64,000 bases of DNA from Octopus sinensis. Taxonomy: Eukaryota. Position numbers and translations under genes: made by a program. Below, one piece after another: positions 1 to 11,133 of this stretch (its first letter is position 1; every line of letters begins with the position of its first letter). The notes under the pieces were generated by a model. It was given only the letters and a program-made list of their open reading frames with translations. It did not search any database and was not told where the DNA came from. The DNA lies in assembly GCF_006345805.1 (NCBI RefSeq), contig NC_043009.1, forward strand, positions 28,954,001-29,018,000. Direction: 5' to 3'.

Positions 1-2039
1 GAGCATTCAGCCATAAAGATCCTGCTAAAACAAACACTGGAGTTTGGTGCAGTCCTTGGACACACACATTGGTTCATGGAACATGGATATTAAATGATGA
101 GGATGAGGATGATGATGATGATGATGATGATGACATGAAATGTGTTCTGTCAGGGCACAGAATCAAATTATAGGTATCTTCCCAAGGGATCTAATACTAA
201 CTGAGTGGACTGTGCCTTTTGAAGGTTTAAATATAATACCAGTGAGAAAATTCATGATATATTCACTCTTTCATCAATAACTTTGTAACTAATAACTAGT
301 TTCATACCAGAACATTTACCATTCCCAGAACTAAATGACTACCAATAAAATCACCTCAGAAAGTAATAACGATATATTTTCCTTCAGTCATTGTTTAATA
401 TTTGAAGGAAACAAGCTGGCAGAAGCCAGGCAAAATGCATCGTGGCATTTTGTCCTTCTTTGCATTTTGAGTTCAAATTCTGCTGGGGTTGGCTTTGTCT
501 TTTATCCTTTTGGAGTGGAAAAAATAAGTACCAGTTAACCACTAAGGGTTGATGTAATTGACTTCTTCCCTCCCTTGAAATTGCTGGCCTTGTGACAAAA
601 TTAGAAATCAGTGCTTGATATCTGTAAGAGAAGATCATAATGATGGCTTGAAAATATAAGATTTCATTGTTTGTTGTTACTGTTTGTTTAAAGAATTAAA
701 AATAAAAATAATTTGTCTTTCTTGTAAAAGAACAAAAATAAAATAAAACTAAGAAAAATTTTGATATTATTTATTCTTGGAAAATGTAGGAGGAAGATTT
801 TGCCCCTAGTTAAGATGCTAAGATAGATTAAAATCATCCATTAAAAACAAAATTCAAAGAAAAAACAATAATATTGAATATAAAATTAAAAAAAAGGTTC
901 AACATTAAACCAATGCAAAAGTAATGATACTATTTAGCACTGAGGAAATAATGGTCATTAAGAAAGTGCTGACCCCAAGGAGAATTTGGAGGTTGGGGTA
1001 GGGCAAGGACAAAGGAAGAAGATAAAACTTGTAAAAATGAAGTTTAACTAAAAACTGAAATTGGAAGTTAATCATGTATTCCATCACAAGTAAAACCTCG
1101 AGGTAAAATCAAAATTACTAATTATTCAGAATGTTTCTAACACATTTTCACCTTCTGATACATCCATGCCAGTTTTCTTCTATTATTTTCTTTCTTTTAT
1201 TTTTTCTTTTTTCCATTTCCTTCATTCTGAAAATTAAAATCTTATTTAATGATTAGCCCTGCCTTTAAAAGCGATTAATTTATTTTAGTTTCATGACCGT
1301 CATCTTCAGTAAGCATCATTAAAGTTATTTTAGTCTGTTGCTTCTCCTCTTCATATATTTTTAATTTCGCTTCTTCCCTCTTCATCAGGTTTGACAGTGA
1401 GCACATACTTGTTTCGATAAACCTAATTTCTATTCATGAAGTTAGAATAGGAGTGGATGAGTATTCTACAGATGCATGAATATTTCAATGCAATTCTCTG
1501 GGTAAATAAGGTTGATTTAATATGTAACATGACTATACCTTTGAATTCCAGGAACAAGCACATGACTCTCTTTCTCTCGTCTCTCTTTCTCTTCTCTCTT
1601 TCTCTCGTCTCTCTTTCTCCTTCTCTCTTTCTCTCGTCTCTCTTTCTCCTTCTCTCTTTCTCTCTCTCTCTCTCACTCACACACACATGCACACACAATC
1701 ATCATTATCGTTCAAAGTCTGTTTCCCATGGTGGCATCGGTTGGATGGTTTAACTGAAGCTGACCAGCTGAAGGGCTGTTCGAGCTCCATGTCTGTTTTG
1801 GCTTGGTTTCTATGGCTGGATGCTCTTCCTAACACCAACCACTTTACAGAGAGTTCTGGGTGCTTTTATACAGCACTGGCATGTTTGCCTTTTATGTGGC
1901 ACTAGCACCTATGAGTCCACACTAGCACCTATGAGTTGTATTGCTGGAGACGTGCCTGTATTCAAGGGCAACCACACTTTTACTTAGCTTGATGTGTATT
2001 TTTAAGCACAGCAAACCACCAGAAGCTCAGTCCCCTACT

Positions 2040-2200
2040 GTCCCATTATTTACATTATTTACATTTGACAGATATTTGTCTTCATCTTGTTTGTTGTTAA
2101 CACAATGTTTCGGCGGATATACCCTCCAGCCTCCATCAGGTGTATTGGGGAAATTTCGAACCTGGGTTCTCATTCCTAACGTATTTTTCAACGTTATTCT
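2040..2200 (-). mobile_element. Short non-autonomous repeat (family P1, Penelope-like) carrying a degenerate hammerhead motif; copy a
   Basis: Reverse complement matches 2395-2545 and 33105-33230. Contains TACAC-CTGATGG-A-GGCTG-loop-CCGCC-GAAAC-ATT-GTGTT and an (AATGTAAAT)n tail. Confidence 0.75.
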
Positions 2201-2253
2201 TCTTCTTATTATTATTATTGTTCTTCTTCTTCTTCTTATTATTATTATTATTA

Positions 2254-2290
<37 letters not shown>

Positions 2291-2394
2291 CATTCAGGTC
2301 ACTGCCTGGGATCAAACTCAGAATATTGAGGTTAGTAACCTGCACTCTTAACCACTATGCCATATGCCCACTGGAATAATAATAATAATATTAT

Positions 2395-2545
2395 AGAAAA
2401 ATACCTTAGGAATGAGAACCCAAGTTTGTAATTTCCCCAAGACACATGAAGAAAGCTGGAGGGTATATCAGCCGATACGTTGTGTTAACAAAAAACAAAA
2501 TGAGGACAAATATCCATCAAATGTAAATAATGTAAATAATGCAAA
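2395..2545 (+). mobile_element. Family P1 repeat, copy b (inverted relative to copy a)
   Basis: GACAC-ATGAAGA-A-AGCTG-GAGGGTATAT-CAGCC-GATAC-GTT-GTGTT at 2441-2486, followed by the AATGTAAAT tandem tail. Confidence 0.75.
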
Positions 2546-2794
2546 TAGTAGATCCTTTCTCACCTCTTTGTGTACACCTTCCATGTGTTTCCTCTACAAT
2601 TTGAAGCCAACACCTTCAGATGCAACTTCCTTCATTCATGTGCCTTACATGGCCACACCAGCAGTCTTCTTTGTTGCACACTACATCTCTTGCTACATAG
2701 ACCCAAATCTCAAATCACTTACACTCTGTCGTATATGCACACTGACATTACCCATCCAGCAAAGCATACAGGCTTCATGCATATATACATATAT

Positions 2795-3025
2795 ATATTT
2801 CTTTATTGCCCACAGGAGGCGAAACATTGAGGGGACAAACAAGGACAGACAAAGGAATTAAATCGATTACATCAACCCCAGTACGTAACTGGTACTTATT
2901 TAATCAACCCTGAAAGGATGAAAGGCAAAGTCAGCCTTGGCGGAATTTGAACTCCGAACATAACGGCAGACGAAATACCGCTAAGCATTTTGCCCAATGT
3001 GCTAACGATTCTGTCAGCTCGTATG
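2795..3025 (-). mobile_element. tRNA-derived SINE family S1 (GTACCAG core), representative copy
   Basis: Core GAGTTCAAATTCCGCC..GACTTTGCCTTTCATCCTTTC..AAGTACCAG with a B-box-like GAGTTCAAATTC. Other copies at about 440-610(+), 3940-4080(-), 4110-4580(-), 10460-11200(-), 11855-12060(-), 14580-14790(+), 20720-20870(-), 27655-27800(-), 28065-28830(+, three copies), 41723-41932(+), 52290-52490(-), 59320-59730(+). Confidence 0.85.
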
Positions 3026-3292
3026 GAGGCATGTGCTGTAACAGCGCATATATGCATCCAGCATTTGTTTGATGATTCCCTATTCCTGATAGAGGATACC
3101 TTTGTATCATTCAGACAGCTTTCCAACCTACGGATCTGTTTGGGTAGTCATTGCTGGTGAGGGTTTTATAAGGTCGGAGGGCAAATCTTGTCTTAACTTC
3201 TTTTAGTTGCATTCTATGACATACATAGAAAACTTTGGGTCTATTCTTTGACATGCCAGTTCCCACTCAGCAATAGAACAACATGGATGAAA

Positions 3293-3690
3293 CAGGAGTG
3301 GCTGTGTGGTAACTAGCTTGCTTACGAACCACATGAATCAGGGTTCATTCCTACTGCGTGGCACCTTGGGCAAGTGTCTTCTACTATAGCCTCGGGCCAA
3401 CCAAAGCCTTGTGAGCGGATTTGGTAGACAGAAACTGAAAGAAGCCCGTCGTATATGTGTATATATATATATATGTATGTGTGTGTATATGTTTGTGTGT
3501 TTGTGTTTGTCCCCCCAACATCGCTTAACAACCGATGCTGGTGTGTTTACATCCCTGTAACTTAGTGATTCGGCAAAAGAGACTGATAGAATAAGTACTA
3601 GGCTTACAAAGAATAAGTCCTGAGGGCGATTTGCTCGACTAAAGGCGGTGCTTAAGCATGGCCTCAGTCAAATGCCTGAAACAAGTAAAA
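3293..3690 (+). mobile_element. tRNA-derived SINE family S2 (GTGGCTGTGTGGTAA head, internal TA/TG microsatellite, GAAACAAGTAAAAG tail), full-length copy
   Basis: Head GGAGTGGCTGTGTGGTAA..GGTTCA(G/T)TCC. Other copies at about 22200-22380(-), 23820-24170(+), 27230-27390(+), 36200-36570(+), 36590-36905(+), 37095-37320(-), 41700-42310(+), 53330-53710(-), 55650-56050(+), 62725-63175(-). Confidence 0.85.
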
Positions 3691-4252
3691 GTGTAACCAT
3701 TGAAAAACTTGTTATAGCAGTAGCTCAATTAATTCTTGGTGATATCTGAAGAAAGAATTTTTATATTCCAAAATATTTTATCATATCAGACTAAGGATAA
3801 TTAAATGATAACAGTTATTATAGTCCACTCTGTATTGTGCCATTCAAGACACGTTCTATTTCACAAACATGAATGAAGTTGTTTTGCTCAAGAACAGAAC
3901 TCACTGCTTGGTTTGGGAATTGAACCCACAATCTACCAATCAACTGGTATTTATCTTATCAACCTCAAAAGGATGAAAAGCAAAGTCACCCCTGCCATCA
4001 TTTGAACCCAGAATGTGAAGTTGGAAGAAATGCTGCTAAGCATTTTCCTAATGCTGTAATGATTCTGCCAGCTTGCTGTTCCAAAAATAATAATAATAAT
4101 AATGAATTCCAAATTTTGGCACAAGAGAGTGGAGTATGGTGATTACATGAACCCCAATGTTAAAATGGTATTTATTTTATCAACAGTAGAATATGGAAAG
4201 TAATGTCAACCCCAGCAGCATTTGAACTCAGAATGTTAAGTTGGACAAAATA

Positions 4253-4483
4253 TCTATTTCTTTACTACCCACAAGAGGCTAAACACAGAGGGGACAAACA
4301 AGGACAGACAAACGGATTAAGTCGATTACATCGACCCCAGTGTGTAACTGGTATTTAATTTATCGACTCCGAAAGAATGAAAGGCAAAGTCAACCTCGGC
4401 GGAATTTGAACTCAGAATGTAGCGGCAGCTGAAATACTGTAAGCATTCTGGCTGGCATGCTAACGTTTCTGCCAGCTCGCCAC
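4253..4483 (-). mobile_element. Younger S1 SINE nested inside an older S1 copy
   Basis: TTGGACAAAATA at 4241-4252 recurs after the insert (last copy 4531-4542, inside a ~20-bp triplication); the older copy resumes with CCATTAAGCATT. Confidence 0.7.
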
Positions 4484-5639
4484 CTTTAATTTTGGACAAA
4501 ATACTTTAATTTTGGACAAAATACTTTAATTTGGACAAAATACCATTAAGCATTTTTCCTGGTGTAGTAATGTTTCTGCTATTTCATAACCCTGAAATCA
4601 TTATCATTTTTCTATTTTCCATGCTGGCATGGGTTGGGAATGTTTTAATATTATAGGTGAGAATCAGTTGAAAGATATTATAACTGTTTTTCATTTGTTA
4701 ATACTTCACTGAAATCTCCTCAGCATTGATGTCAACTTTCTTTCAACAATCAGGAAGTAGTGTATTGAGTTGCTTGAAAATCTGTTCACAAATTCTATAG
4801 CCAGGATATATATTTAGTTCACATAATATATTCTTTAACGGTGCTTCATTTGTTTTCCCTGAGTGTTGTTGTGTCTGTGATATTTATTGCATTAAATTTG
4901 TTTTTCTGTATTGTTGTATAATTTGGCCCACTAAAATATTTGAATATCCATTATTAACTAGCATTTTGTTTTATCCTATTGATTCCTTTATGTGGTAATG
5001 CTTTTATGGAGGTGAATCTAAAGGCCCTTCTAAATAGGGATTTTATGACTGATGCTTACATCTATATGGATGAACATAATGTGGAGAAGAAAGAAAAAAA
5101 AAACCTCATTAAATTGAATGCATGCATTGCACATACAACCATAAACTAGAATTAATAATATATTACTCGAATATGAAAAATTAAAATTTCCTACTCAACA
5201 ACAAACCCCAAGCTAGCATGCCGATAAATAAGCTACACTTGATCAATGTAATTTACTAATTGAGACGTAAAGATGAAAGTGGTAAAAGAGAAAAAGTAAG
5301 TTGTGACATGAACTATTATGTTGGACATACACAAGTCATGATTTCTGCCTGCTGTAATGCATCTACAACATGAAACTGCTATTGTATTATGTCCAGAAAG
5401 ATGAAATAAATTAGGAAAACATTAGTCAATAATATAACTACCTTACATAAAAAATGGAGATGTCATTCTATAAGTGAATATTACTTGGTAGCATGCATTG
5501 CTTTGGTGATTGTGTCAGGATCCCATATTTTTGATCCTCTCGCCCTTGACCTCAAAGAACATCCAAGATATGATAACTAGAGGGAAAGAAGGGGAGCACA
5601 AACGCTGGGCTGGCTCTAATTTCAGGTGAGAAACAGGGA

Positions 5640-5870
5640 CAGTGTGAAAGGAAGTGCATTGACCATGGGTATAATATGCTGCCTGATCCACAAATTGAAC
5701 CTGTGATTTATAGAAATTTATAGAAAAGCAAAGACAAAGACTGGTGTAGAAACAACAAGTAAGTGTATAGTTTGACGCTCAGGGAAAATGGAAAAGTCTT
5801 TTACATTTTGAGCCTATGCCCTTTGACAGAAAGGGACAAGAGGAAATAAATAGAGAGAATGAAAAAAAGC
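5640..5870 (-). mobile_element. Short non-autonomous repeat family P2 with a hammerhead-like motif; second copy at about 53790-53945
   Basis: The two copies are mutually similar (CGCTCAGG..GAAAAGTCTTT..ACAGAAAGGGACA). Minus strand reads CTTT-CTGTCAA-A-GGGCA-TA-GGCTC-AAAAT-GTA-AAAG. Confidence 0.55.
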
Positions 5871-5951
5871 GTGTTGAGTTCATATATATATATACATAAA
5901 TGTATGTTTATATATGTTTATACATGCATATATATGTGTATACATACATAC

Positions 5952-5996
<45 letters not shown>

Positions 5997-6494
5997 TATA
6001 TATACATGCACATATATATATGCATATAAATATATAATACATACACACATTTATATGAGGAACAACTTTTATTTCATACATATTTTTTAATGTTTGACAA
6101 TTGAAAAGTTTTTGAATATGACTGCTACAGCTGCCTGATGTTGCTATCACTGCTGTTGTGACTTTTAATCTGTCTCATTCCAGCCTCCAGGTCTTGATGT
6201 GACTGGTCAAGATGTCTGGCCATTCATCTACTTCACTTTGTTTTGTATGTACCACTAACTTCTTGTTCCCTTTGAAACAGCTTTTTTCATTGAAAAATCT
6301 AGAAAAACAGCAGCAGTAACAATTATAAAAGTGTTTCTATCAAGTGCCGAGTCTTGCTACCAAATTTGTTCAAACATCATTAGAAGCCTTTAAATTTCAC
6401 CTCAAACAAAACTTGTTTAAAATATTCCAAAATATTTCTCCATATGAGTGAGGTGTATTTGTATTTCCTTTTTCTTTTTGTAGTTTCTGTTAAA

Positions 6495-6544
6495 ATGGGA
6501 GCCAGAGGACTTTTTCTGCTTATTTGTCTACTGACTGATAAACA
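6495..6544 (+). CDS. Candidate first coding exon (exon 6484-6544), MGARGLFLLICLLTDK; product unknown
   Basis: Acceptor TTCCTTTTTCTTTTTGTAG, ATG in AAAATGG context, donor ACA|GTAAGT, short hydrophobic stretch. No homology recognised. Confidence 0.25.
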
Positions 6545-7677
6545 GTAAGTTTGTGAATGTTGCTGCTATTGTTGTTGTTGTTGTTATTGTTGTCGGTATT
6601 AATACCATAACTTTTGAACTGTCACACTCCCCCCTTTAGGGGAACCCTTGAAAAGAGAGCATTCAACTTGTCTGTCCACTTATCTACTTGGCTTTGTTGT
6701 CTCTGTACTGCAGCTTTCTACTTTTCTTTGAAAAAGATCTTTTAACTGAAAATTAAAAAGAAAAAAAAACGAAAAAGAAAAGAAAAAAAAGAAATGTGTT
6801 CAGATTAGGAAAATGCACCAAAGCAACCTTGAACATTATTTACTGTACCTCTGTCACAGTAGCTAAAGAAACAGAGATAAGAGAATTAGATCAAGTAGAG
6901 ACTTACAACTACTTCAGAATCAATGAACTATACAGACCATGGAAGAAGATTTAGGAATGAATATTATTGATGTATTAAGATTAATATTTCAAACAGAGTT
7001 AAATGTACAAAAAAGGAAGAAAAAACACGGTAATAGGCATCAAAACCTTTGGTAGTCCCAAAAATAAGTTAAATTATAATAGAACTTATTACCGGCTTTC
7101 ATATCTGTTCAAATTTCATCAGAGTTCTTCAAATTTTGCGGAAAAGATATTTGAAAAATACACACACACACACATATACATTCATGATAGTAGCAACATA
7201 ATTTCAAGGCATTACTTGTTCTCTGCAACTAGAGCAGCACAAATGTTGCTTTTCTGTTCTGTTAGGGAATTATACTCTTTTGTACAGACCTGGCAGTGAT
7301 GTTTATGAAGGAAAACAATGGATAAGTTAGTAAAAGGCATATTGGAAAAATAAATTAAATTCGATTGAAAAAAAAATAGAGATTAGAAGAAGCGGAAATG
7401 ATATTAGATGGAAGAAAAAGATGGAACTTAATAAGGGATATTTAAAATGAAATGTCATTTAAAAAATCCAATTTAGTATTTACAAACCAGAAGCAATATG
7501 TACATCAGAACTAGGAATAATAGAGTGCCAAATTATTTAGTGCAGAAATTTCAGTTAGTAATTTCACAAGAGAAAGTAAAAAAAAACCTGATGCAAAGCA
7601 ATCTAAAGAAAAGTTTCCTAAAATTTCAGGAGCTACTGATTAAAAAATCTCAATTTACAAGAACCCTTAAGTTATAT

Positions 7678-7765
<88 letters not shown>

Positions 7766-10700
7766 CCACTCTCTGTATGCACATATATATATATATATAT
7801 ATATGCCTATTTTATGTATATAGATTTCAATGATATACTTTCAAATTTAACAAGGTTTGCTAAAGGACTTAATTCCACATTAGAGAAAACTAAATCCCCA
7901 TCAGAAGAAATTCTATTCCATTCTCTGAACCTTTGATAGTATTTAATTAGATTTTAAAAGTGACAGCTATTCACTTATGTATTCCTGTCTTTTATTAAGC
8001 AGATATAGAATTCATCTGCTTGAAGGGTAAAGGAATTTAGGAAAATTCATTGAAAACACATTGTGTAAAATACGTTGGTTGAAATCATAGTGCTCCCACC
8101 AAAATATTGATAGAAAGCTTGTTCATAAAAAGACATTTGTAGAAAACAGATTGCTCAAAAGACAAGTCAATTAAACCGTTTTAACACTTTTCTGACCAAA
8201 TTTCTGTTGAAATACACTACTCTTTTACTCTTTTTTTACCTTTTTTGTGCATTTAACTCTGAAATATTAATCTTAATACATCAATAATATTCATTCCTCA
8301 ATACTGCCTCTGTTTCAATTAATTTTGAAAATGATGAGGAATTTAGTAATTATAATGAGTTTCATATACAGACACATATACTCATGCAGAGTTGAAATGC
8401 TGTTTAATTTTTTTTTGTTCACTATAGAACTTCCATCATCCCACTACCAAGTTTGCCATTACCCCTTCCTCCCTTATTCATCTTCTTTTCTCATTCATAT
8501 GTTGTGACGGGGAAAGACACAAGAGTATTATTATAATAGTAGATCATTAATCTGGTGTTTGGAATATAATTTAACATGAAATTTTAATGGCAGATTTTAA
8601 TTCAGATTGTTTTAAAGCAAGAATTTTGTATTACAGAACCAGTCACAGGTAAGCTGGCATCAAAATGGTTAATCAAAGAAAAGATTGAATGTTCAAAGAA
8701 ATTTTATTATTTTTCAAAGAAGTTAGTAACATGAATGGTTAAGGATTCTTTGGTTAAAAGAATACATTCGAAACCAATGGAAGACTGGCCAGGTTGCCAG
8801 TTTACCCAATGGCAAGTGGGCCTCTACGCCATTAGAATCCATATATCGGGTCCCATGTTAGTATCTAAGGGGCCCATCCCCTCGAGTTTGAGAATTTTTT
8901 TATTCACTGGAAGAATGCATTAAGTATTTCAGCCTGGTTATGTTTGTAGACAGTTGAAAATAAATCTTTTAACAAATAATAATAATAATAATAATAATAA
9001 TAATCATTAATAATAGCATTGTAGTTGTGGGTGGGTCCCCTTAGTCTCCTGGCAATCAATATCTTTAAACCCAGTCTGCCATGGGTTGAATCCTTCCATT
9101 GTTTTATACCATCCATTAATTTTATAATATTATTCTTAATTACAGTGGCAAGTTGCCCCAGCTTTGTGGTATTATCTATTTATGGTTAGGTAGACTGGTT
9201 TATTTGAGAATGAAGCATATTGTTCTTAGATGGAATCTGGTACACATTCATCAAAAAACATTATTTGATATGAAACAAACTAAGAAATGTATTCTTGGAA
9301 AAATATTCATAGAAAGATATATTTATAGTATAAACAGAGAATACATCAAAATTTAATTTTTACTCAATTCTTAAATAACAAACTGTAATTTAAAAATGAT
9401 AAAAACAAATTATTTTTTAAATGAAATATATTTTCAATTTATTTTCAGGCTATTTTTTTCTATATATATGAATGTAAATGTAATTATAAGAAAAGAAATT
9501 TTCATTAAGAACGAAAGTTTCAACTCTGTCTTGTCACCAAAAACATTATGACAGTTAATCAAATATCAATGCGTCAAGGCATTATCTTTTATGATTTTTA
9601 AGCCAGTCAGTTGGCAGAATTATTAGTGTTAGGCCAAATATCTGGCAGTATTTATTTTGACTCTTGGTCTTAAGTTCAATTCCTACCAAGGTCACCTTTG
9701 CTAAAAAAGTACAAATCAAACATTGTAGGTCATTGGTATTAACAAATGGCATCCCCTCAGAATTACTGGCTCCAGGCATTTGTCAAAGCAAAAACAATTA
9801 CATTTTTAGTATTTTTTTTTTTTCTTCTTTTAAAAATATTCAGAGTTTGACAAACATTTCACTTTACATCCATCTTTTCTTACTTGCATGTTTTACAGCC
9901 AAATGCCCTTCTGGTCACCACACTTCATCTGTTTATCATGTCATGGATATCTTATTCCTCACATCTTCAAAAGTGTACATGACTACAGCATCAACGCCTA
10001 TGTTGGATGAACCATTTTCAAAGATTAGGAAAATATAAACACCTAAACCCACCCCACCCACACACACCACATACATTAACACACACACACACTCGCTACA
10101 CACATGCAAATACGTTTTCTTCAGTTTGTTTCTGACCAATTTGTTCTTTGAACAGGCTGCCTCTTCCGACCGATATGTCTCACAAGAAATGATTGTTGAT
10201 CAGTTTGCCTTTTGGCCAATAGGCTTTTGACCAATGTATCTTCAAACGATGCATCTTTGAGAAAACTTCTTAGATCCCCTCAAATATAAAACTGTGTAAA
10301 TGACTGAACACAAATCATTTCTCTCTCTCTCTCCCTCTTTTTCCCTCTAGCACTCTCCTTCTTTCCTTCTCTCTCTTTTCCACCCTTCTCTCTCTCTCTC
10401 TCTCAATTGGCTGAATTGTCCTTTATTGATTTTTGACACCTAATTTCCATAGAATATTTATTTCTTTATTGCCCACAGAGGGCTGAACAAAGAGGGGATA
10501 AACATGGACATACAAAGGGATTAGATTAATTGCATCGACCCTAGTACGTAACTGAAACAAGGACAATGAGATCAGGTCGATTACATCGACCCCAGTGCAT
10601 CGCTGGTACTTATTTCATCGACCCCAAAAGGATGAAAGGCAAAGTCGACCTTAGTGGAATTTGAACTCAGGACGTAATGGCAGACGAAATACTGCTAAGC

Positions 10701-10911
10701 ATTTTGCCTGGTGTGCTAACAATTTCGCCCTCAACTCCATAGAATATTCTTTTCTACTCTAGGTAGAAGGCCCGAAATTTTGGGGGAGAGGGCAAGTCAA
10801 TTAATCGACTCCAGTATGCAACTGGTACTTATATAATCAATCCCAAAAGGCTGAAAGGCAAAGTCGACCTCGGTGGAATTTGAACTCAGAACATAATAGC
10901 AGACGAAATAC

Positions 10912-11133
10912 CTATTTCTTTACTATCCACAAGGGGCTAAACACAGAGGAGACAAAACAAGGACCGACAAACGGATTAAGTCGATTATATCGACCCCAGT
11001 GCATAACTGGTACTTATTTAATCGACCTCGAAAAGATGAAAGGCAAAGTTGACCTCGGCGGAATTTGAACTCAGAACGTAATGGCAGACGAAATACCGCT
11101 AAGCATTTCGCCCGGCGTGCTAGCGTTTCTGCT
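10912..11133 (-). mobile_element. Younger S1 SINE nested inside another S1 copy, 14-bp target-site duplication
   Basis: AGCAGACGAAATAC (10898-10911) and AGCAGATGAAATAC (11134-11147) flank the insert; the host copy resumes with CGCTAAGCATT. Confidence 0.8.

Noticed and set aside
3293-3370. tRNA-like A/B boxes here and in other SINE heads
   Set aside because: They continue into SINE bodies and cannot fold into a cloverleaf; no genuine tRNA, rRNA or CRISPR array was seen in the window.
4690-4860. Protein-like minus frame (NEAPLKNILCELNIYPGYRICEQIFKQLNTLLPDC*KKVDINAEE)
   Set aside because: Internal stop, weak splice signals and no recognisable family.
8637-8648. Apparent 12-nt micro-exon TTACAG|AACCAGTCACAG|GTAAGC
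   Set aside because: Lies in the right end of a TTAA-type MITE related to 47568-47787, which has the homologous CAGAACCAGAACCGGTTTCAG sequence.
8741-8765. Short match (AGGAT..TTTGGTTAAAAGAA) to 49319-49343
   Set aside because: About 20 AT-rich nt with no extension; consistent with chance.
9886-10030. Exon-like segment on either strand (AKCPSGHH.. or a minus-strand GTAAG donor)
   Set aside because: The minus-strand version is closed in all frames, the plus-strand version has no good donor, and part resembles the S3 GAAGGGCAT..GCTGTA motif.
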